Shown one piece after another: positions 28,926 to 39,594 of a stretch of 64,000 nt of DNA. The position numbers and the translations under genes are program-made. The notes under the pieces are model-generated. The model did no database searches. It was not told the DNA's origin and worked only from the letters and a program-made list of their open reading frames with translations. Origin of the DNA: Deltaproteobacteria bacterium (lineage in GTDB: Bacteria; Myxococcota_A; UBA9160; SZUA-336); the NCBI GenBank assembly GCA_019311115.1, contig JAFDDB010000004.1:5121-69120 (forward strand), written 5' to 3'. Positions within the stretch are counted from its first letter, which is position 1, and each line of letters begins with the position of its first letter.

Positions 28926-30008
28926 TCAGGGCTTCGATATCGCCTTCTGCCGCAGCAGGTGATCGCACAGCACCAGGGCAACCATCGCCTCCACCATCGG
29001 GACCGCGCGCGGCAGGACGCAGGGGTCGTGGCGGCCCGAGGCGGCCAGGCGCGCCGGCTCCAGGTTCTGGTTCACCGTCTCCTGCTCGATCCGGATGGTG
29101 GCCGTGGGCTTGAAGGCCACGCGGATCACCACCGGCTCGCCGTTCGAGATGCCCCCCTGCACGCCGCCCGAGCGGTTGTCGCGCGTGCGGACCTGTCCCT
29201 CTTCGGCGTAGAAGGCGTCGTTGTGCTCGCTTCCCTTGAGCCGGGTGCCGGCAAAGCCGGAGCCGATCTCGAAACCCTTGCAGGCCGGCAGCGAGAGCAT
29301 GCCCTTGGCCAGGTCGGCCTCGAGCTTGTCGAAGACCGGATCGCCGAGTCCGGGGGCGACGCCGAGTGCCACGCAGCTGACGGTTCCGCCCAGCGAGTCG
29401 CCGGCGCGGCGAGCCTCGTCGATCTGCGCCTCCATGGCCGCCGCAGCCTCCGCGTCGGGACAGCGCGTCGGTCCCGCGTCCACGTCGGCGCGGGTGACCG
29501 TCAGCGGGTCGACCCGGGCCTCGGTGTCGCGCACGCGGCTGACCCACGCCGTGATCGGTCCGTACCCGTGCATCTCGAGCACCTTCCGCGCGATCGCACC
29601 GGCCGCGACGCGGCCGATGGTCTCTCTCGCGCTGGCGCGGCCGCCGCCCATCCAGGCGCGAATGCCGTACTTGGCCTGGTAGGTGTAGTCGGCGTGCGAG
29701 GGACGGTACACGTCCTTGAAGTCTTCGTACGCCTCGGGCCGCGCGTCGCGGTTCCGCACCAGCACGGCGATCGGCGTACCGAGCGTCTGGCCCTCGAACA
29801 CGCCGGAGAGGATCTCGGCGCGGTCCTCCTCCTGCCGGGGAGTGGTGAGCCGGCTCTGTCCGGGGCGACGCCGGTCCAGGTCGACCTGCAGGTCCTCGGC
29901 CGCGAGCGGTACGCGGGGCGGACAGCCGTCCACCACCACGCCGACCCCGCCGCCGTGGGACTCACCCCAGGTCGAGATGCGGAAGAGCTGTCCGAAGCTG
30001 GAGCCCAT
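28926..30008 (-). CDS. aroC: Chorismate synthase
   Basis: Inner Met [19 protein letters not shown]...; GRSSARET-like and GGISNGEP motifs. Confidence 0.85.
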   Translation of the reverse strand: MGSSFGQLFRISTWGESHGGGVGVVVDGCPPRVPLAAEDLQVDLDRRRPGQSRLTTPRQEEDRAEILSGVFEGQTLGTPIAVLVRNRDARPEAYEDFKDVYRPSHADYTYQAKYGIRAWMGGGRASARETIGRVAAGAIARKVLEMHGYGPITAWVSRVRDTEARVDPLTVTRADVDAGPTRCPDAEAAAAMEAQIDEARRAGDSLGGTVSCVALGVAPGLGDPVFDKLEADLAKGMLSLPACKGFEIGSGFAGTRLKGSEHNDAFYAEEGQVRTRDNRSGGVQGGISNGEPVVIRVAFKPTATIRIEQETVNQNLEPARLAASGRHDPCVLPRAVPMVEAMVALVLCDHLLRQKAISKP

Positions 30009-30018
30009 GGGGCGGAGC

Positions 30019-30675
30019 TTAGCGCCTCTTCCGGCGGCCCCGCCTCCGTCCCTTCCTCTTTCCGCCTCCCTTCCCGTTCCCGGAGGAGTCATCCGATGGT
30101 CGCGGTGGCGGGGACGCGCCGCGGAGCAGCACGTAGGTTGCCCCCGCCCCGCCGTCGCGCTGCGGCGCCGTCGTGTACGCCAGCATCAGCCGGCGGGCCG
30201 CCCCCCGCGCGAGCCAGCGCGGCAGGCTCGGCTTGAGCACGGCCTGCCCGCCCGGCGAATTCCGCCCGTGCCCGTGAACGATGCGCACGCAGCGCAGCCC
30301 GCGTCCGTGTGCGTCCTCGAGGAACGCGTCGACGCGGCGCCGCGCGTCGTCCGCCGTCAGGCGGTGCAGGTCGACCTCCGCCTGCATCGCGAAGTCGCCG
30401 CGTCGCAACTGACGGAGTACGCGGGGATCGAGGCCGGGAACGCTGCCCTCGATCACGTCCATCGGGTCGAGCGAGTCGAACTCACCTTCTCCCGCCACCA
30501 GGGCGTCGAGTTCGCGGAGCGCATTGCGCTCCCCTTCCGCGACCGGGGGCATGACGGGAAGGGAGCCGGGCGGCGCCGGTTCGGGCCGGTGCCCGTCGCG
30601 CTTAGCGCGATCGACGTCGGACATCGCCTCTTCGAAGAGCGACTCGTCCCCGTCTCCGTCACGCCCCGGCGCCAT
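30019..30675 (-). CDS. Smr-domain protein
   Basis: Smr domain [11 protein letters not shown]...[10 protein letters not shown]; basic C-terminal tail. Confidence 0.6.
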   Translation of the reverse strand: MAPGRDGDGDESLFEEAMSDVDRAKRDGHRPEPAPPGSLPVMPPVAEGERNALRELDALVAGEGEFDSLDPMDVIEGSVPGLDPRVLRQLRRGDFAMQAEVDLHRLTADDARRRVDAFLEDAHGRGLRCVRIVHGHGRNSPGGQAVLKPSLPRWLARGAARRLMLAYTTAPQRDGGAGATYVLLRGASPPPRPSDDSSGNGKGGGKRKGRRRGRRKRR

Positions 30676-30705
30676 GCGGAGAGGGTAACGAAAGGGGAGT
30701 GCGCG

Positions 30706-31752
30706 TTAGCGGCCGGCGAGCGCGAGCGTCTTGCGCATCAGTACGGACAGCGGCAGGTCCGCTACCTCGGCCGAGGAGCAGAAGCGCGCGGCGTCGCGGG
30801 ACGCCCTCCTCAGCCGGCCAGGTTCGGGCTGCAGCGAGACGACGCGTAGCGTCAGCGCGCGGTGCGTGAACGCGTGCCGGACCGAGCCGACCGGCCGCGG
30901 GTCCCGAGTGCGCAGCCCGGTTCGTCGTTCGATCTCTGCGACCAGGCCGGACAGCGAGTCGCCGCCGACGCAAGGGACTTCCCAGAGTCCGCCGAGCATT
31001 CCCTTCGACGGTCGGCGCGTCAGCAGCAGGCGGCCCCGGCGGCTGACGATCGCGCCCAACGCCTCGACCTCGCGCGGGCTCGCGCGGCGCGCGGGACGCG
31101 GGAACGCCTCGGGCGTGCCGCGCTCCGCCGCGCGGCAGAGCGAGCGTACCGGGCAGTCCGTGCAGCGAGGACTGCGCGGCGTGCAGACGGTGGCTCCCAG
31201 CTCCATGAGCGCCTGGTTGAACTGGTCCGGGCGCCCCCGGGGCCGCGAAGGGGGCACGAGCGCCTCGGCCAGGTCCCAGTTCTCTGCGTCGCCGAGTTCG
31301 GCCTCGGCGGTCAGGCGCGCGAGTACGCGCTTCACGTTGCCGTCGACGATGGGCGCGTGCTCGCCGAACGCGATGCTTCGCACCGCTCCCGACGTGTAGC
31401 GTCCCACTCCGGGCAGTCCTTCGAGCGCGCTGGCCTCGCTCGGCACCCGGCTGCCGTGGTCGCGCACGATCTGCTCGGCCGCGCGCTTCAGGTTGCGTGC
31501 GCGAGCGTAGTAGCCGAGGCCGGCCCACTCCTTGAGCACATCCTGCTCGTCGGCGCAGGCCAGCGCGTCGACGCTGGGAAAGCGTTCGAGGAAGCGCTCG
31601 TAGTACGGGATGACCGTGTCGACGCGTGTCTGCTGGAGCATCGTCTCCGACAGCCAGATGCGGTACGGGTCGTCGGTCCGGCGCCAGGGCAGATCACGGC
31701 GCTCCCGCCGGTACCAGGCGAGAAGCGCCCGCCGGAGTCGGGCCACGGGGAC
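30706..31752 (-). CDS. mutY: A/G-specific adenine DNA glycosylase
   Basis: HhH-GPD with Fe-S cluster CTPRSPRCTDCPVRSLC; a start later than ORF start 31833 avoids overlap with the M23 gene. Confidence 0.8.
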   Translation of the reverse strand, partial: VPVARLRRALLAWYRRERRDLPWRRTDDPYRIWLSETMLQQTRVDTVIPYYERFLERFPSVDALACADEQDVLKEWAGLGYYARARNLKRAAEQIVRDHGSRVPSEASALEGLPGVGRYTSGAVRSIAFGEHAPIVDGNVKRVLARLTAEAELGDAENWDLAEALVPPSRPRGRPDQFNQALMELGATVCTPRSPRCTDCPVRSLCRAAERGTPEAFPRPARRASPREVEALGAIVSRRGRLLLTRRPSKGMLGGLWEVPCVGGDSLSGLVAEIERRTGLRTRDPRPVGSVRHAFTHRALTLRVVSLQPEPGRLRRASRDAARFCSSAEVADLPLSVLMRKTLALAGR

Positions 31753-31765
31753 GCGCTCTGCGGGA

Positions 31766-33091
31766 TCAGGAGCCCGGCGGCTCTTCGATCGTGAGCTTGG
31801 CCTCGACGTGTTCCTTGATCCACTTGCCGTCAAACCACTCCAGAGGGTCGACGAAGACTCCGCCGACCAGCATCGCGAAGTGCAGGTGATCGCCGCCCGC
31901 GAGTCCGGTCGTTCCAGTCCTGCCGATCGTGTCGCCCCGGCTCACCGGCTTTCCGTGCTCGACGCCGATCTCCGACAGGTGTCCGTACAGGCTGAACAGC
32001 GAGAGTCCGTGGTCGATGATCACCGCCTGCCCGTAGATCCCCAGGTCGTCGGCAAAGACCACCACGCCGTCGTTCGCCGCGGGCACCGCCGCGTGCGACG
32101 TCGAGGCCAGGTCGTAGCCCATGTGCACCTGGGTATCGACGGTACGCCCCTTGTACTGGTAGCTGCGCCGCTCGCCGAAGCGCGCGCCCACGCGCGAGTT
32201 CGGCATCTGCAGGAAGGACTCGCTCCACAGCCGCTCGCCGCTCGACCGCTCGCAGATCTGGCGGATGGTCGCGGCGTTCTCCGCGCGCATGTCGCGGTTG
32301 ATCTCGAGGTAGGCCGCCAGCAGGTCGGTGCGCTCGCCGCCCAGGATCTCGGCGATCTTCAGCTCCATGAAGCCGTCCGAGAGGACGATCACGTCCTCGG
32401 GAAAGCCCTTCTCGATGATCGAGATCGAGACGGGCACGACCGTGCGGTTCCCGGCGCGGTCCTCGGCCACGATGCGCGGCGAGTCCGTGGCGGCGGTGTC
32501 CGGCGGCAGCGCGTAGAGCGCGGTGAACCGCTCGGGGCGCGTGGGGTGCGGGAAGCCCGCGAAGAGAAACTCGCCGACCAGGACGCCGTGGCTGTCGACG
32601 GGCTCGTCGATTTCGTAGACGACGGCCTCGGCCCCCCCGCGGCGCACGTACGTCAGCCCGGTGAGCAGGCTGATGCGCGGCGCCTTCGCGTCGATCACCA
32701 GGGGTACCTCGACGAGGGTCGAGTTCCCGCTCCACGAGAAGTCGTACGCCTCTGCGTAGAGGGTCGCCTCGCCGGGGCCGAGCCCCATCTCCTTGGGTTC
32801 GATGGTCACCTCGATCCGCCGCGGCAGCTGCAGGGCCGCACCGCTCCAGAGGTTCCCGTCGTAGGTCTCGTCGTGCAGTTCGATCTCGACGTCGCCGCTC
32901 ACGAGCCAGATGCGCACGCGCTCGATGCCCATGCCCTCGTCGGAGACACGGAACTGGTGCGCGTGCTCCTTTCCCACGTACGCTACCTGCGTCCGCGTGT
33001 CGATTACGGGAGCGTCGGACTCGAAGCGCGTGATCAGCGCTCCCGTCATCACTCCCGCCAGCACCAGGATCAGCAGCCAGACGATGCGCAA
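31766..33091 (-). CDS. M23/LytM-family metallopeptidase with an N-terminal TM anchor
   Basis: HMGYDLA...GDHLHF LytM motifs; TM MRIVWLLILVLAGVMTGALI. Confidence 0.75.
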   Translation of the reverse strand: MRIVWLLILVLAGVMTGALITRFESDAPVIDTRTQVAYVGKEHAHQFRVSDEGMGIERVRIWLVSGDVEIELHDETYDGNLWSGAALQLPRRIEVTIEPKEMGLGPGEATLYAEAYDFSWSGNSTLVEVPLVIDAKAPRISLLTGLTYVRRGGAEAVVYEIDEPVDSHGVLVGEFLFAGFPHPTRPERFTALYALPPDTAATDSPRIVAEDRAGNRTVVPVSISIIEKGFPEDVIVLSDGFMELKIAEILGGERTDLLAAYLEINRDMRAENAATIRQICERSSGERLWSESFLQMPNSRVGARFGERRSYQYKGRTVDTQVHMGYDLASTSHAAVPAANDGVVVFADDLGIYGQAVIIDHGLSLFSLYGHLSEIGVEHGKPVSRGDTIGRTGTTGLAGGDHLHFAMLVGGVFVDPLEWFDGKWIKEHVEAKLTIEEPPGS

Positions 33092-33101
33092 GGCTTCCTC
33101 C

Positions 33102-35075
33102 TCACGCCTCGTCGGATTCGCGCAGGCGAGCGAGCACCGACAGGTCCTCGAGTGTGGTGGTGTCCTGTGACGTCTCGCGGCCGGCTGCGATGTCGCGCAG
33201 CAGCCGCCGCATGATCTTGCCGGACCGCGTCTTCGGCAGCGCGTCCGTAAAGCGGACCTCGTCGGGCCGCGCGACCGGGCCGATCTCCTTTCCCACGTGC
33301 TTTCGTAGCTCGACGCCCATCTCGTCGCTGGCCTCGACGCCGCCCTCGAGCGTCACGAAGCAGACCACCGCTGTCCCCTTGATGTCGTCCGGCCGCCCGA
33401 CCACCGCGGCTTCGGCCACGGCGGGGTGCGAGACCAGGGCGGACTCCACTTCCATGGTCGAGAGTCGGTGCCCCGCCACGTTCATCACGTCGTCGACGCG
33501 GCCCATGACCCAGAAGTTCCCGCTCTTGTCGCGGCGCGCGCCGTCCCCGGCAAAGTAGATGCCCTTGTCCGGGAACTTGGACCAGTATTGCTCGACGTAA
33601 CGCTCCGGGTCTCCGTAGATGCCGCGCAGCATCCCCGGCCAGGGCTTCGTGATCGCCAGGAACCCGCCTTCGTTCGGCCCGACGGGATTGCCGTCGTGGT
33701 CGAGGATGTCTGCGCTGATTCCCGGGAAAGGCAAGGTGGCCGAGCCCGGCGTCGTGGTGACGCCGCCCGGAACCGGCGAGATCATGATTCCGCCCGTCTC
33801 GGTCTGCCAGTAGGTGTCGACGATCGGACAGTGGTTGCGTCCGATCACGCGGCGGTACCACATCCACGCCTCGGGGTTGATCGGCTCGCCGACCGTGCCG
33901 AGCAGGCGCAGCGAAGCGAGCGAGTACTTCTTGATGTGGTCGTCGCCCCACTTCATGAACGTGCGGATCGCCGTCGGCGCGGTGTAGAACACCGTGACCT
34001 TGTACTTGTCGATGATCCGCCAGAAGCGCTCCTCGTCGGGCCAGTTCGGGGCGCCCTCGTACATGAGGCTGGTCGCCCCGTTCGCGAGGATGCCGTAGAC
34101 GACGTAGGAGTGACCGGTGACCCAGCCGATGTCGGCCGTACACCAGTAGGTGTCCTCGTCCTTCAGGTCGAAGATGTACTTCGCCGTGGTCGCCACGTGC
34201 GTCAGGTACCCGCCGGTAGTGTGCAGGATGCCCTTGGGCTTGCCGGTCGAGCCCGACGTGTACAGGATGAAGAGCGGCGCCTCGGAGTCGAGCTTCGCCG
34301 GCTTGCAGTCGGCGCTGGCCTCGGCCATCAGGTCGTCCCACCACAGGTCGCGGCCGTCCTTCATGTTCACCGAGTGGCCGGTGCGCTTGTAGACGACGAC
34401 CTTCTCGACGCAGTCCGTTTTCTCGAGCGCCTCGTCGACGATGCCCTTCAGTTGGACGATCGATCCGCGCCGCCAGCCGCCGTCGGCGGTGACGATGAGC
34501 TTGGCCTGCGCGTCGTTCACCCGGTCCGAGATCGAGTCGGCGGCGAAGCCCCCGAAGATGATCGAGTGGACCGCACCGATCCGCGTGCACGAGAGCATGG
34601 CGATCGCCAGTTCGGGGACCAGCGGCATGTAGAGGATGACGCGGTCGCCCTTCTTCACGCCCAGTCCCTTGAGGACGTTGGCGAACTTGCAGACTTCGCG
34701 GTGCAGGTCGCCGTAGGTCAGCACGCGCTCGTCGCCGGGCTCGCCCTCCCAGATGAGCGCCGCCTTGTTCTTGCGCCAGGCGTTTTCGCCTTCCAGGTGA
34801 CGGTCCAGGCAGTTGTAGCTGACGTTGGTCTTGCCGCCGATGAACCACTTGGCGTAGGGCGGCTTCCAGTCGAGTACCTTCTTCCAAGGCGTGAACCAGC
34901 TGACGTGCTCCTTGGCCATGCGCGCCCAGAATCGCTGCGGGTTCTTCGCCGCGTCCTTGGCCATGCGTTTGTACGCCGCCTGCCCGGGCACGTTGGCGCG
35001 GCGAGCCCACGCCGCGTCCGGCTTGAACTTCCGAGTCTCCTTCAGGGTCGACTCGATCTCGATCTCGTGCGTCAT
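33102..35075 (-). CDS. acs: Acetyl-CoA synthetase
   Basis: [14 protein letters not shown]-binding motif and Acs-specific N-terminus ([11 protein letters not shown]). Confidence 0.9.
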   Translation of the reverse strand: MTHEIEIESTLKETRKFKPDAAWARRANVPGQAAYKRMAKDAAKNPQRFWARMAKEHVSWFTPWKKVLDWKPPYAKWFIGGKTNVSYNCLDRHLEGENAWRKNKAALIWEGEPGDERVLTYGDLHREVCKFANVLKGLGVKKGDRVILYMPLVPELAIAMLSCTRIGAVHSIIFGGFAADSISDRVNDAQAKLIVTADGGWRRGSIVQLKGIVDEALEKTDCVEKVVVYKRTGHSVNMKDGRDLWWDDLMAEASADCKPAKLDSEAPLFILYTSGSTGKPKGILHTTGGYLTHVATTAKYIFDLKDEDTYWCTADIGWVTGHSYVVYGILANGATSLMYEGAPNWPDEERFWRIIDKYKVTVFYTAPTAIRTFMKWGDDHIKKYSLASLRLLGTVGEPINPEAWMWYRRVIGRNHCPIVDTYWQTETGGIMISPVPGGVTTTPGSATLPFPGISADILDHDGNPVGPNEGGFLAITKPWPGMLRGIYGDPERYVEQYWSKFPDKGIYFAGDGARRDKSGNFWVMGRVDDVMNVAGHRLSTMEVESALVSHPAVAEAAVVGRPDDIKGTAVVCFVTLEGGVEASDEMGVELRKHVGKEIGPVARPDEVRFTDALPKTRSGKIMRRLLRDIAAGRETSQDTTTLEDLSVLARLRESDEA

Positions 35076-35228
35076 CCTCTATTCCCTCACGCGCGCCTCG
35101 ACGTCGCGAACGTTGCGGCGCAGGGAAGCGCCCGGGCGCGAGGGTACCCCACAGCCCCGTCTGCGGGTACACGGAGCTGCAGATACAGCAGCCGCGGGTG
35201 CGGCCGTCGCCGGCGCGCGGCGTACCGG

Positions 35229-36458
35229 TCAGCTGGTCGAGGGCGTCTTCGCTCCGTGCTTGCGCCGGCCGCCCCCCGAGCGCGGCGTTGTGGCCTCGCC
35301 CTCTTCTGCGGCGGGTGCGGCGTGGACGGTCTCGATCACCTCCTGGCCGAAGCTTCGCGCCCACCAGCCCTTGACGGGACCCAGTTCGAGCAGGTCGTCG
35401 GGGCTTTCCGGGTTCGCCCATGCGACCTCTTCGAGCGTGACGTTCGGACAGAACACGCCGGGGTCCATGCTCAGCTCCTTGGCCCGGCGCGCGCGCCAGC
35501 GCTTCAAGCGGTCGAGGCGCGCCTCGGCGCGGCGGTCGAGCCGGCGTCGCGGGGCGCCCGACGGTTTCTTCTCGGGCGGCGGCTGCTCCGGCCCCTCGAG
35601 ACCGCGGTTGACCGCGTCGAGGACCTCTTGCCCCAGGCGGCGCACGACCAGTTCGGTCATGCCCTTGCGGCCGGACAGGGCGCGCTTGGAGCGCGGAGGC
35701 TTCTGGGCCAGCTCGAGCAGCGTCCCGTTGCCCATCACCTTGAACGGTGGACGGTCCAGCTCGCGAGCGCGGGCGTCGCGCACCAGGAAGACCTCGCGCA
35801 GGACTGCGAGTCCGCGCGGCGAGAGCTTCTTGGCGCCCTTGATGCGCATGTAGCCCGTCGCGTCGAACTCGCGCTCGGACCACTCCTTTTCCTCGAGCGA
35901 AAGGAACTCCTCCTGCGCCCACTCGAGCCGCTTCTTGGCGCGAAGCTCCTTCTCGAGGATCGCCGTCAGCTCGACCAGGTAGCGCACGTCGGATGCCGCG
36001 TACTCGACCTGGGCGTTCCGCAGGGGACGCCGCGACCAGTCGGTGCGCTGCTGGTCCTTCGAGAGCTTTACGCCGAAGTGGCGCTCGACCAGCGCCGCCA
36101 GCCCGACCGCGGGATAGCCCAGCAGCTGCGCCGACGCCATGGTGTCGAACAGGTTCCGGACGCGGAACCCGCCGTAGCGGTTCAGCACGTACAGGTCGTA
36201 CTCCGCCGCGTGCAGGATCTTGCGCACGTTCGGGTCGGCGAAGATCGGCGCCAGCGGCTGCAGCCCCTTCGGCGGAAGCAGCAGCGGGTCGACCAGCGCG
36301 ATCCCGCCGCGGTAGCCGATCTGCACCAGGCAGAGCTTTTCGTGATAGTGGTAGAAGCTGTCGGCTTCGGTATCGACAGCGATCACCTTCTCGCGGCTCA
36401 GGCGCCTCGCCAGCACCTCGAGTTCTTCGGGCGACTCGATCAGCGAATGGTCAGCCAT
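35229..36458 (-). CDS. rnd: Ribonuclease D (3'-5' exonuclease plus HRDC)
   Basis: DEDD exonuclease motifs VIAVDTEADSF and YAASDVRYL; HRDC-like C-terminus. Confidence 0.75.
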   Translation of the reverse strand: MADHSLIESPEELEVLARRLSREKVIAVDTEADSFYHYHEKLCLVQIGYRGGIALVDPLLLPPKGLQPLAPIFADPNVRKILHAAEYDLYVLNRYGGFRVRNLFDTMASAQLLGYPAVGLAALVERHFGVKLSKDQQRTDWSRRPLRNAQVEYAASDVRYLVELTAILEKELRAKKRLEWAQEEFLSLEEKEWSEREFDATGYMRIKGAKKLSPRGLAVLREVFLVRDARARELDRPPFKVMGNGTLLELAQKPPRSKRALSGRKGMTELVVRRLGQEVLDAVNRGLEGPEQPPPEKKPSGAPRRRLDRRAEARLDRLKRWRARRAKELSMDPGVFCPNVTLEEVAWANPESPDDLLELGPVKGWWARSFGQEVIETVHAAPAAEEGEATTPRSGGGRRKHGAKTPSTS

Positions 36459-36627
36459 AGAAGTTCACGAATCCCAAGCGGCAGTTTCGACCCGGTCGAC
36501 TGACTCGGGGAAGCCGCCCGAAGGGGGCGTGGAAGGCTGAGGGGGCCCCGGCCCTGACCCAGCCGAGCATTCTAACGCGCTGCCCGGAACCGGCCAGTCG
36601 GCGCCCATTCTGGGGGGACGATCCCAC

Positions 36628-36648
36628 GGCGAGGCGACCCGCCTCGCC
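36628..36648. other. Perfect 9-3-9 GC hairpin GGCGAGGCG-ACC-CGCCTCGCC in the rnd/proS divergent intergenic region
   Basis: Inverted repeat read directly; ~85 nt upstream of the proS start. Confidence 0.3.
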
Positions 36649-36730
36649 TTCCTCGCCCGTCGTTCGGTGCGGGCCCGTGTCGGGGCCGGGACGGGACTGA
36701 TCCCGCGCGGAACCTTAGACTCACGCGCCC

Positions 36731-38449
36731 ATGCGCTGGTCCCAGTCCTTCCTTCCCACGTTGCGAGACGACCCCGCCGGGGCCGAGGCGGCGAGCCACA
36801 TCCTGATGGTCCGCGCCGGCCTGATCCGGCAGCTCGGGGCCGGGCTCTACTCCTACCTGCCTCTGGCGACGCGCGTCATGGCGCGGATCGAGGCGATCGT
36901 GCGAGAGGAGATGACGGCGATCGGCGGCCAGGAGCTTCGGCTGCCGGCGCTCCACCCGGCCGAGATCTGGAAGGAGAGCGGCCGCTGGGACCAGGTCGAC
37001 GCCACGCTCTTCCGGCTCCAGGACCGCCGCGGCGCCGACATGGCCCTGGCGATGACGGCCGAAGAGGTCTTCACCAGCATCGCCCGCGACGACCTGGCTA
37101 GCTACCGCCTGCTGCCGCAGATCTGGTACCAGATCCAGCCGAAGTTCCGCGACGAGCCGCGGCCGAAGTCCGGTGTGCTGCGGGGCCGGCAGTTCCTGAT
37201 GAAGGACTCGTACTCCTTCGACCTGGACGAGGCGGGCCTCGCGGAGTCGTTCCAGAAGCACCACGACGCTTACCGGCGAGTGTACGAGCGCTGCGGGCTC
37301 GAGCCGATCCCGGTCGAGGCGTCGTCGGGGACCATGGGCGGCAGCGAGTCGGTCGAGTTCATGGCGGTCTGCGATGCGGGCGAGGACTGGATCGTCACCT
37401 GCGATGGCTGCGGCTACGCCGCGAACCTGGAGAAGGCGACGTCCCGACACGGTGGGTGCGGCGAGGCCGACGACCCCGACTCCTGTCCCGCGCCGGAGAA
37501 GTTCGCGACGCCCGACCAGCGCACGATCGAGGAGCTTGCGCAGGCCTTCGACTTTGCACCGGCGACCCGCCAGATCAAGACCTTGGTCCAGGTCGTCGAC
37601 GGCCAGCCTGTCCTCTTCCTGCTCCGCGGCGACTACGAGTTGAACGACGTGAAGCAGGCCGATGCGCTCGGCACCACCGACCAGCGTCCCGCTCGCCCCG
37701 AGGAGATCGAGAAGGTGCTCGGCGCGCAAGCCGGCAGCCTCGGAGCCGTCGGCGTCGAGGAGATCGAGGTGTACGCCGACGAGTCGCTGCGAGGGCGCCG
37801 CGGCATGGTCACGGGCGCGAACGAGGACGGTTTCCACCTGCGTCACGTCGACGTCGAGCGCGACCTGCCGCAGGTCAAGTGGGTCGACGTGCGCAGCGTC
37901 GTCGAGGGCGAGGGCTGCTCGAATTGCGGCGAGCCCATCGCGTTGAAGAAGACGATCGAGATCGGGCACATCTTCAAGCTGGGGGTGCGCTACAGCGAGC
38001 CGATGCGCGCGCGCGTGCTGACCGCCGAGGGCAAGGAGACGCCGCTCGTCATGGGCAGCTACGGCATCGGCATCGACCGCATCATGGCGGCGGCGATCGA
38101 GGCGCACCACGACGACGACGGCATCGTCTGGCCGAAGTCGATCGCGCCCTTCGACGTGGTGGTCTCTCCGGTCAAGATGAAGGACGAGGTGCAGCGCGAC
38201 GCTGCCGAGAAGCTGTACGCCGAGCTCCGCGAGGCCGGCTTCGAGGTCCTGCTCGACGACCGCGACGAGCGGCCCGGGGTCAAGTTCAAGGACGCGGACC
38301 TGATCGGCGTGCCGTTCCGGATCGTCCCGGGGCCCCGCGCGCTCGTGAACGGGAACGTCGAGTTCGTGACGCGGGGGGACAGGAGCGGCGAGAAGGAGGA
38401 GGTCCCCTTGGGGGACGTCGTGGAAGAGCTGCGGAGACGCCTGGCTTGA
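36731..38449 (+). CDS. proS: Prolyl-tRNA synthetase (bacterial type with editing domain)
   Basis: Class II aaRS motifs and a ProRS-typical N-terminus. Confidence 0.9.
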   Translation: MRWSQSFLPTLRDDPAGAEAASHILMVRAGLIRQLGAGLYSYLPLATRVMARIEAIVREEMTAIGGQELRLPALHPAEIWKESGRWDQVDATLFRLQDRRGADMALAMTAEEVFTSIARDDLASYRLLPQIWYQIQPKFRDEPRPKSGVLRGRQFLMKDSYSFDLDEAGLAESFQKHHDAYRRVYERCGLEPIPVEASSGTMGGSESVEFMAVCDAGEDWIVTCDGCGYAANLEKATSRHGGCGEADDPDSCPAPEKFATPDQRTIEELAQAFDFAPATRQIKTLVQVVDGQPVLFLLRGDYELNDVKQADALGTTDQRPARPEEIEKVLGAQAGSLGAVGVEEIEVYADESLRGRRGMVTGANEDGFHLRHVDVERDLPQVKWVDVRSVVEGEGCSNCGEPIALKKTIEIGHIFKLGVRYSEPMRARVLTAEGKETPLVMGSYGIGIDRIMAAAIEAHHDDDGIVWPKSIAPFDVVVSPVKMKDEVQRDAAEKLYAELREAGFEVLLDDRDERPGVKFKDADLIGVPFRIVPGPRALVNGNVEFVTRGDRSGEKEEVPLGDVVEELRRRLA

Positions 38450-39594
38450 CTCCGCTCACCGTACTCAGCGAGGAAGAGGAGATCTTCCGCGCGACGATCC
38501 GCGAGTTCTGCGACCGTGAGCTCGTGCCGCGCGCGGCGAAGATGGACGCGCAGGGTCACTACGACCCGGAGATCCTGCCGATGCTCTTCGAGCTCGGCGT
38601 CATGTCGATCGAGACGCCCGAGGACCTCGGCGGCTCCGGCGGCAGCTTCTTCCTGTCGGTGCTCGCCGTCGAGGAGGTGTCGCGTGCCGACGCCGCCGTC
38701 GGAGTGCTGGTCGACGTGCAGAACACGCTGGTGGCGAACGCGATCCTGAACTACACGACGGATCCCCTGCGCGAGACCGTTCTGCGCCGCATGGCAGGGG
38801 GAGCGGTCACCTCGTACGCGCTCTCCGAAGCCGGGTCGGGCAGCGACGCCTTCGCGTTGCGCTGCCGGGCCGTCGCCGACGGCGACGACTTCGTCCTGAC
38901 GGGCCGCAAGCTCTGGATCACCAACGCGGCCGAGGCCGAGCTCTTCCTGGTCATGGCGAACGCGGACCCCGACGCGGGGTACCGCGGCATCACGAGCTTC
39001 CTCGTCGAGCGCGGAACTCCGGGCTTCGAGATCGGCAAGAAGGAGGACAAGCTCGGCATCCGCGCCAGCTCGACCTGCGAGCTGATTCTGGAGTCCGTGC
39101 GCGTGCCGCGCGGGAACGTCGTCGGCGAGATCGGACAGGGCTACAAGATCGCGATCGAGACGTTGAACGAGGGTCGCATCGGAATCGGCGCGCAGATGGT
39201 CGGGATTGCACAGGGCGCGCTCGACGACTGCCTGGCCTATTCGGCCGAGCGCCAGCAGTTCGGCCAGCCGATCGGCCAGTTCCAGTCGGTGCAGTTCGAG
39301 TTGGCGCAGATGGCGACCGAGATCGAGGCCGCGCGGCTGCTGGTGTACAACGCGGCGCGGCTCAAGGACGCGAAGCGGCCGTTCCTCACCGAGGCGGCGA
39401 TGACCAAGCTCTTCGCGTCGCAGGTGGCCGAGCGGGTGACCTCGCTGGCCATCGAGATCCACGGTGGGGTCGGCTACACGCGCGAGTACCCCGTCGAGAA
39501 GCGCTTCCGCGACGCGAAGATCGGCAAGATCTACGAGGGCACGAGCCACATGCAGCTGCAGACGATCGCGCGGCAACTCCAGCGCGGCGCATGA
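38446..39594 (+). CDS. Acyl-CoA dehydrogenase (short/branched-chain type, ~382 aa)
   Basis: TTG start overlapping the proS stop (TTGA); LSEEEEIFRATIREF N-terminus, YEGTSHMQ and GGVGY motifs. ORF 37456..39594 is an artefactual upstream extension. Confidence 0.75.
   Translation: MTPLTVLSEEEEIFRATIREFCDRELVPRAAKMDAQGHYDPEILPMLFELGVMSIETPEDLGGSGGSFFLSVLAVEEVSRADAAVGVLVDVQNTLVANAILNYTTDPLRETVLRRMAGGAVTSYALSEAGSGSDAFALRCRAVADGDDFVLTGRKLWITNAAEAELFLVMANADPDAGYRGITSFLVERGTPGFEIGKKEDKLGIRASSTCELILESVRVPRGNVVGEIGQGYKIAIETLNEGRIGIGAQMVGIAQGALDDCLAYSAERQQFGQPIGQFQSVQFELAQMATEIEAARLLVYNAARLKDAKRPFLTEAAMTKLFASQVAERVTSLAIEIHGGVGYTREYPVEKRFRDAKIGKIYEGTSHMQLQTIARQLQRGA

Noticed and set aside
33426-36503. 1025-aa plus-strand ORF; similar giant ORFs at 27336..30236, 42140..45652, 55076..57319, 61228..63534, 33070..35922(-), 19282..21111(-) and 36572..38110(-)
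   Set aside because: All lie antisense to or frame-shifted over strongly supported genes (acs, rnd, aroC, glmS, proS etc.) and are Arg/Ala/Gly/Pro-rich with no motifs. They are classic GC-rich shadow frames.
37456-39594. 712-aa plus-strand ORF spanning proS and the downstream acyl-CoA dehydrogenase
   Set aside because: The upstream 330 aa are an alternative frame through proS; the real ACAD starts at TTG 38446 right at the proS stop.
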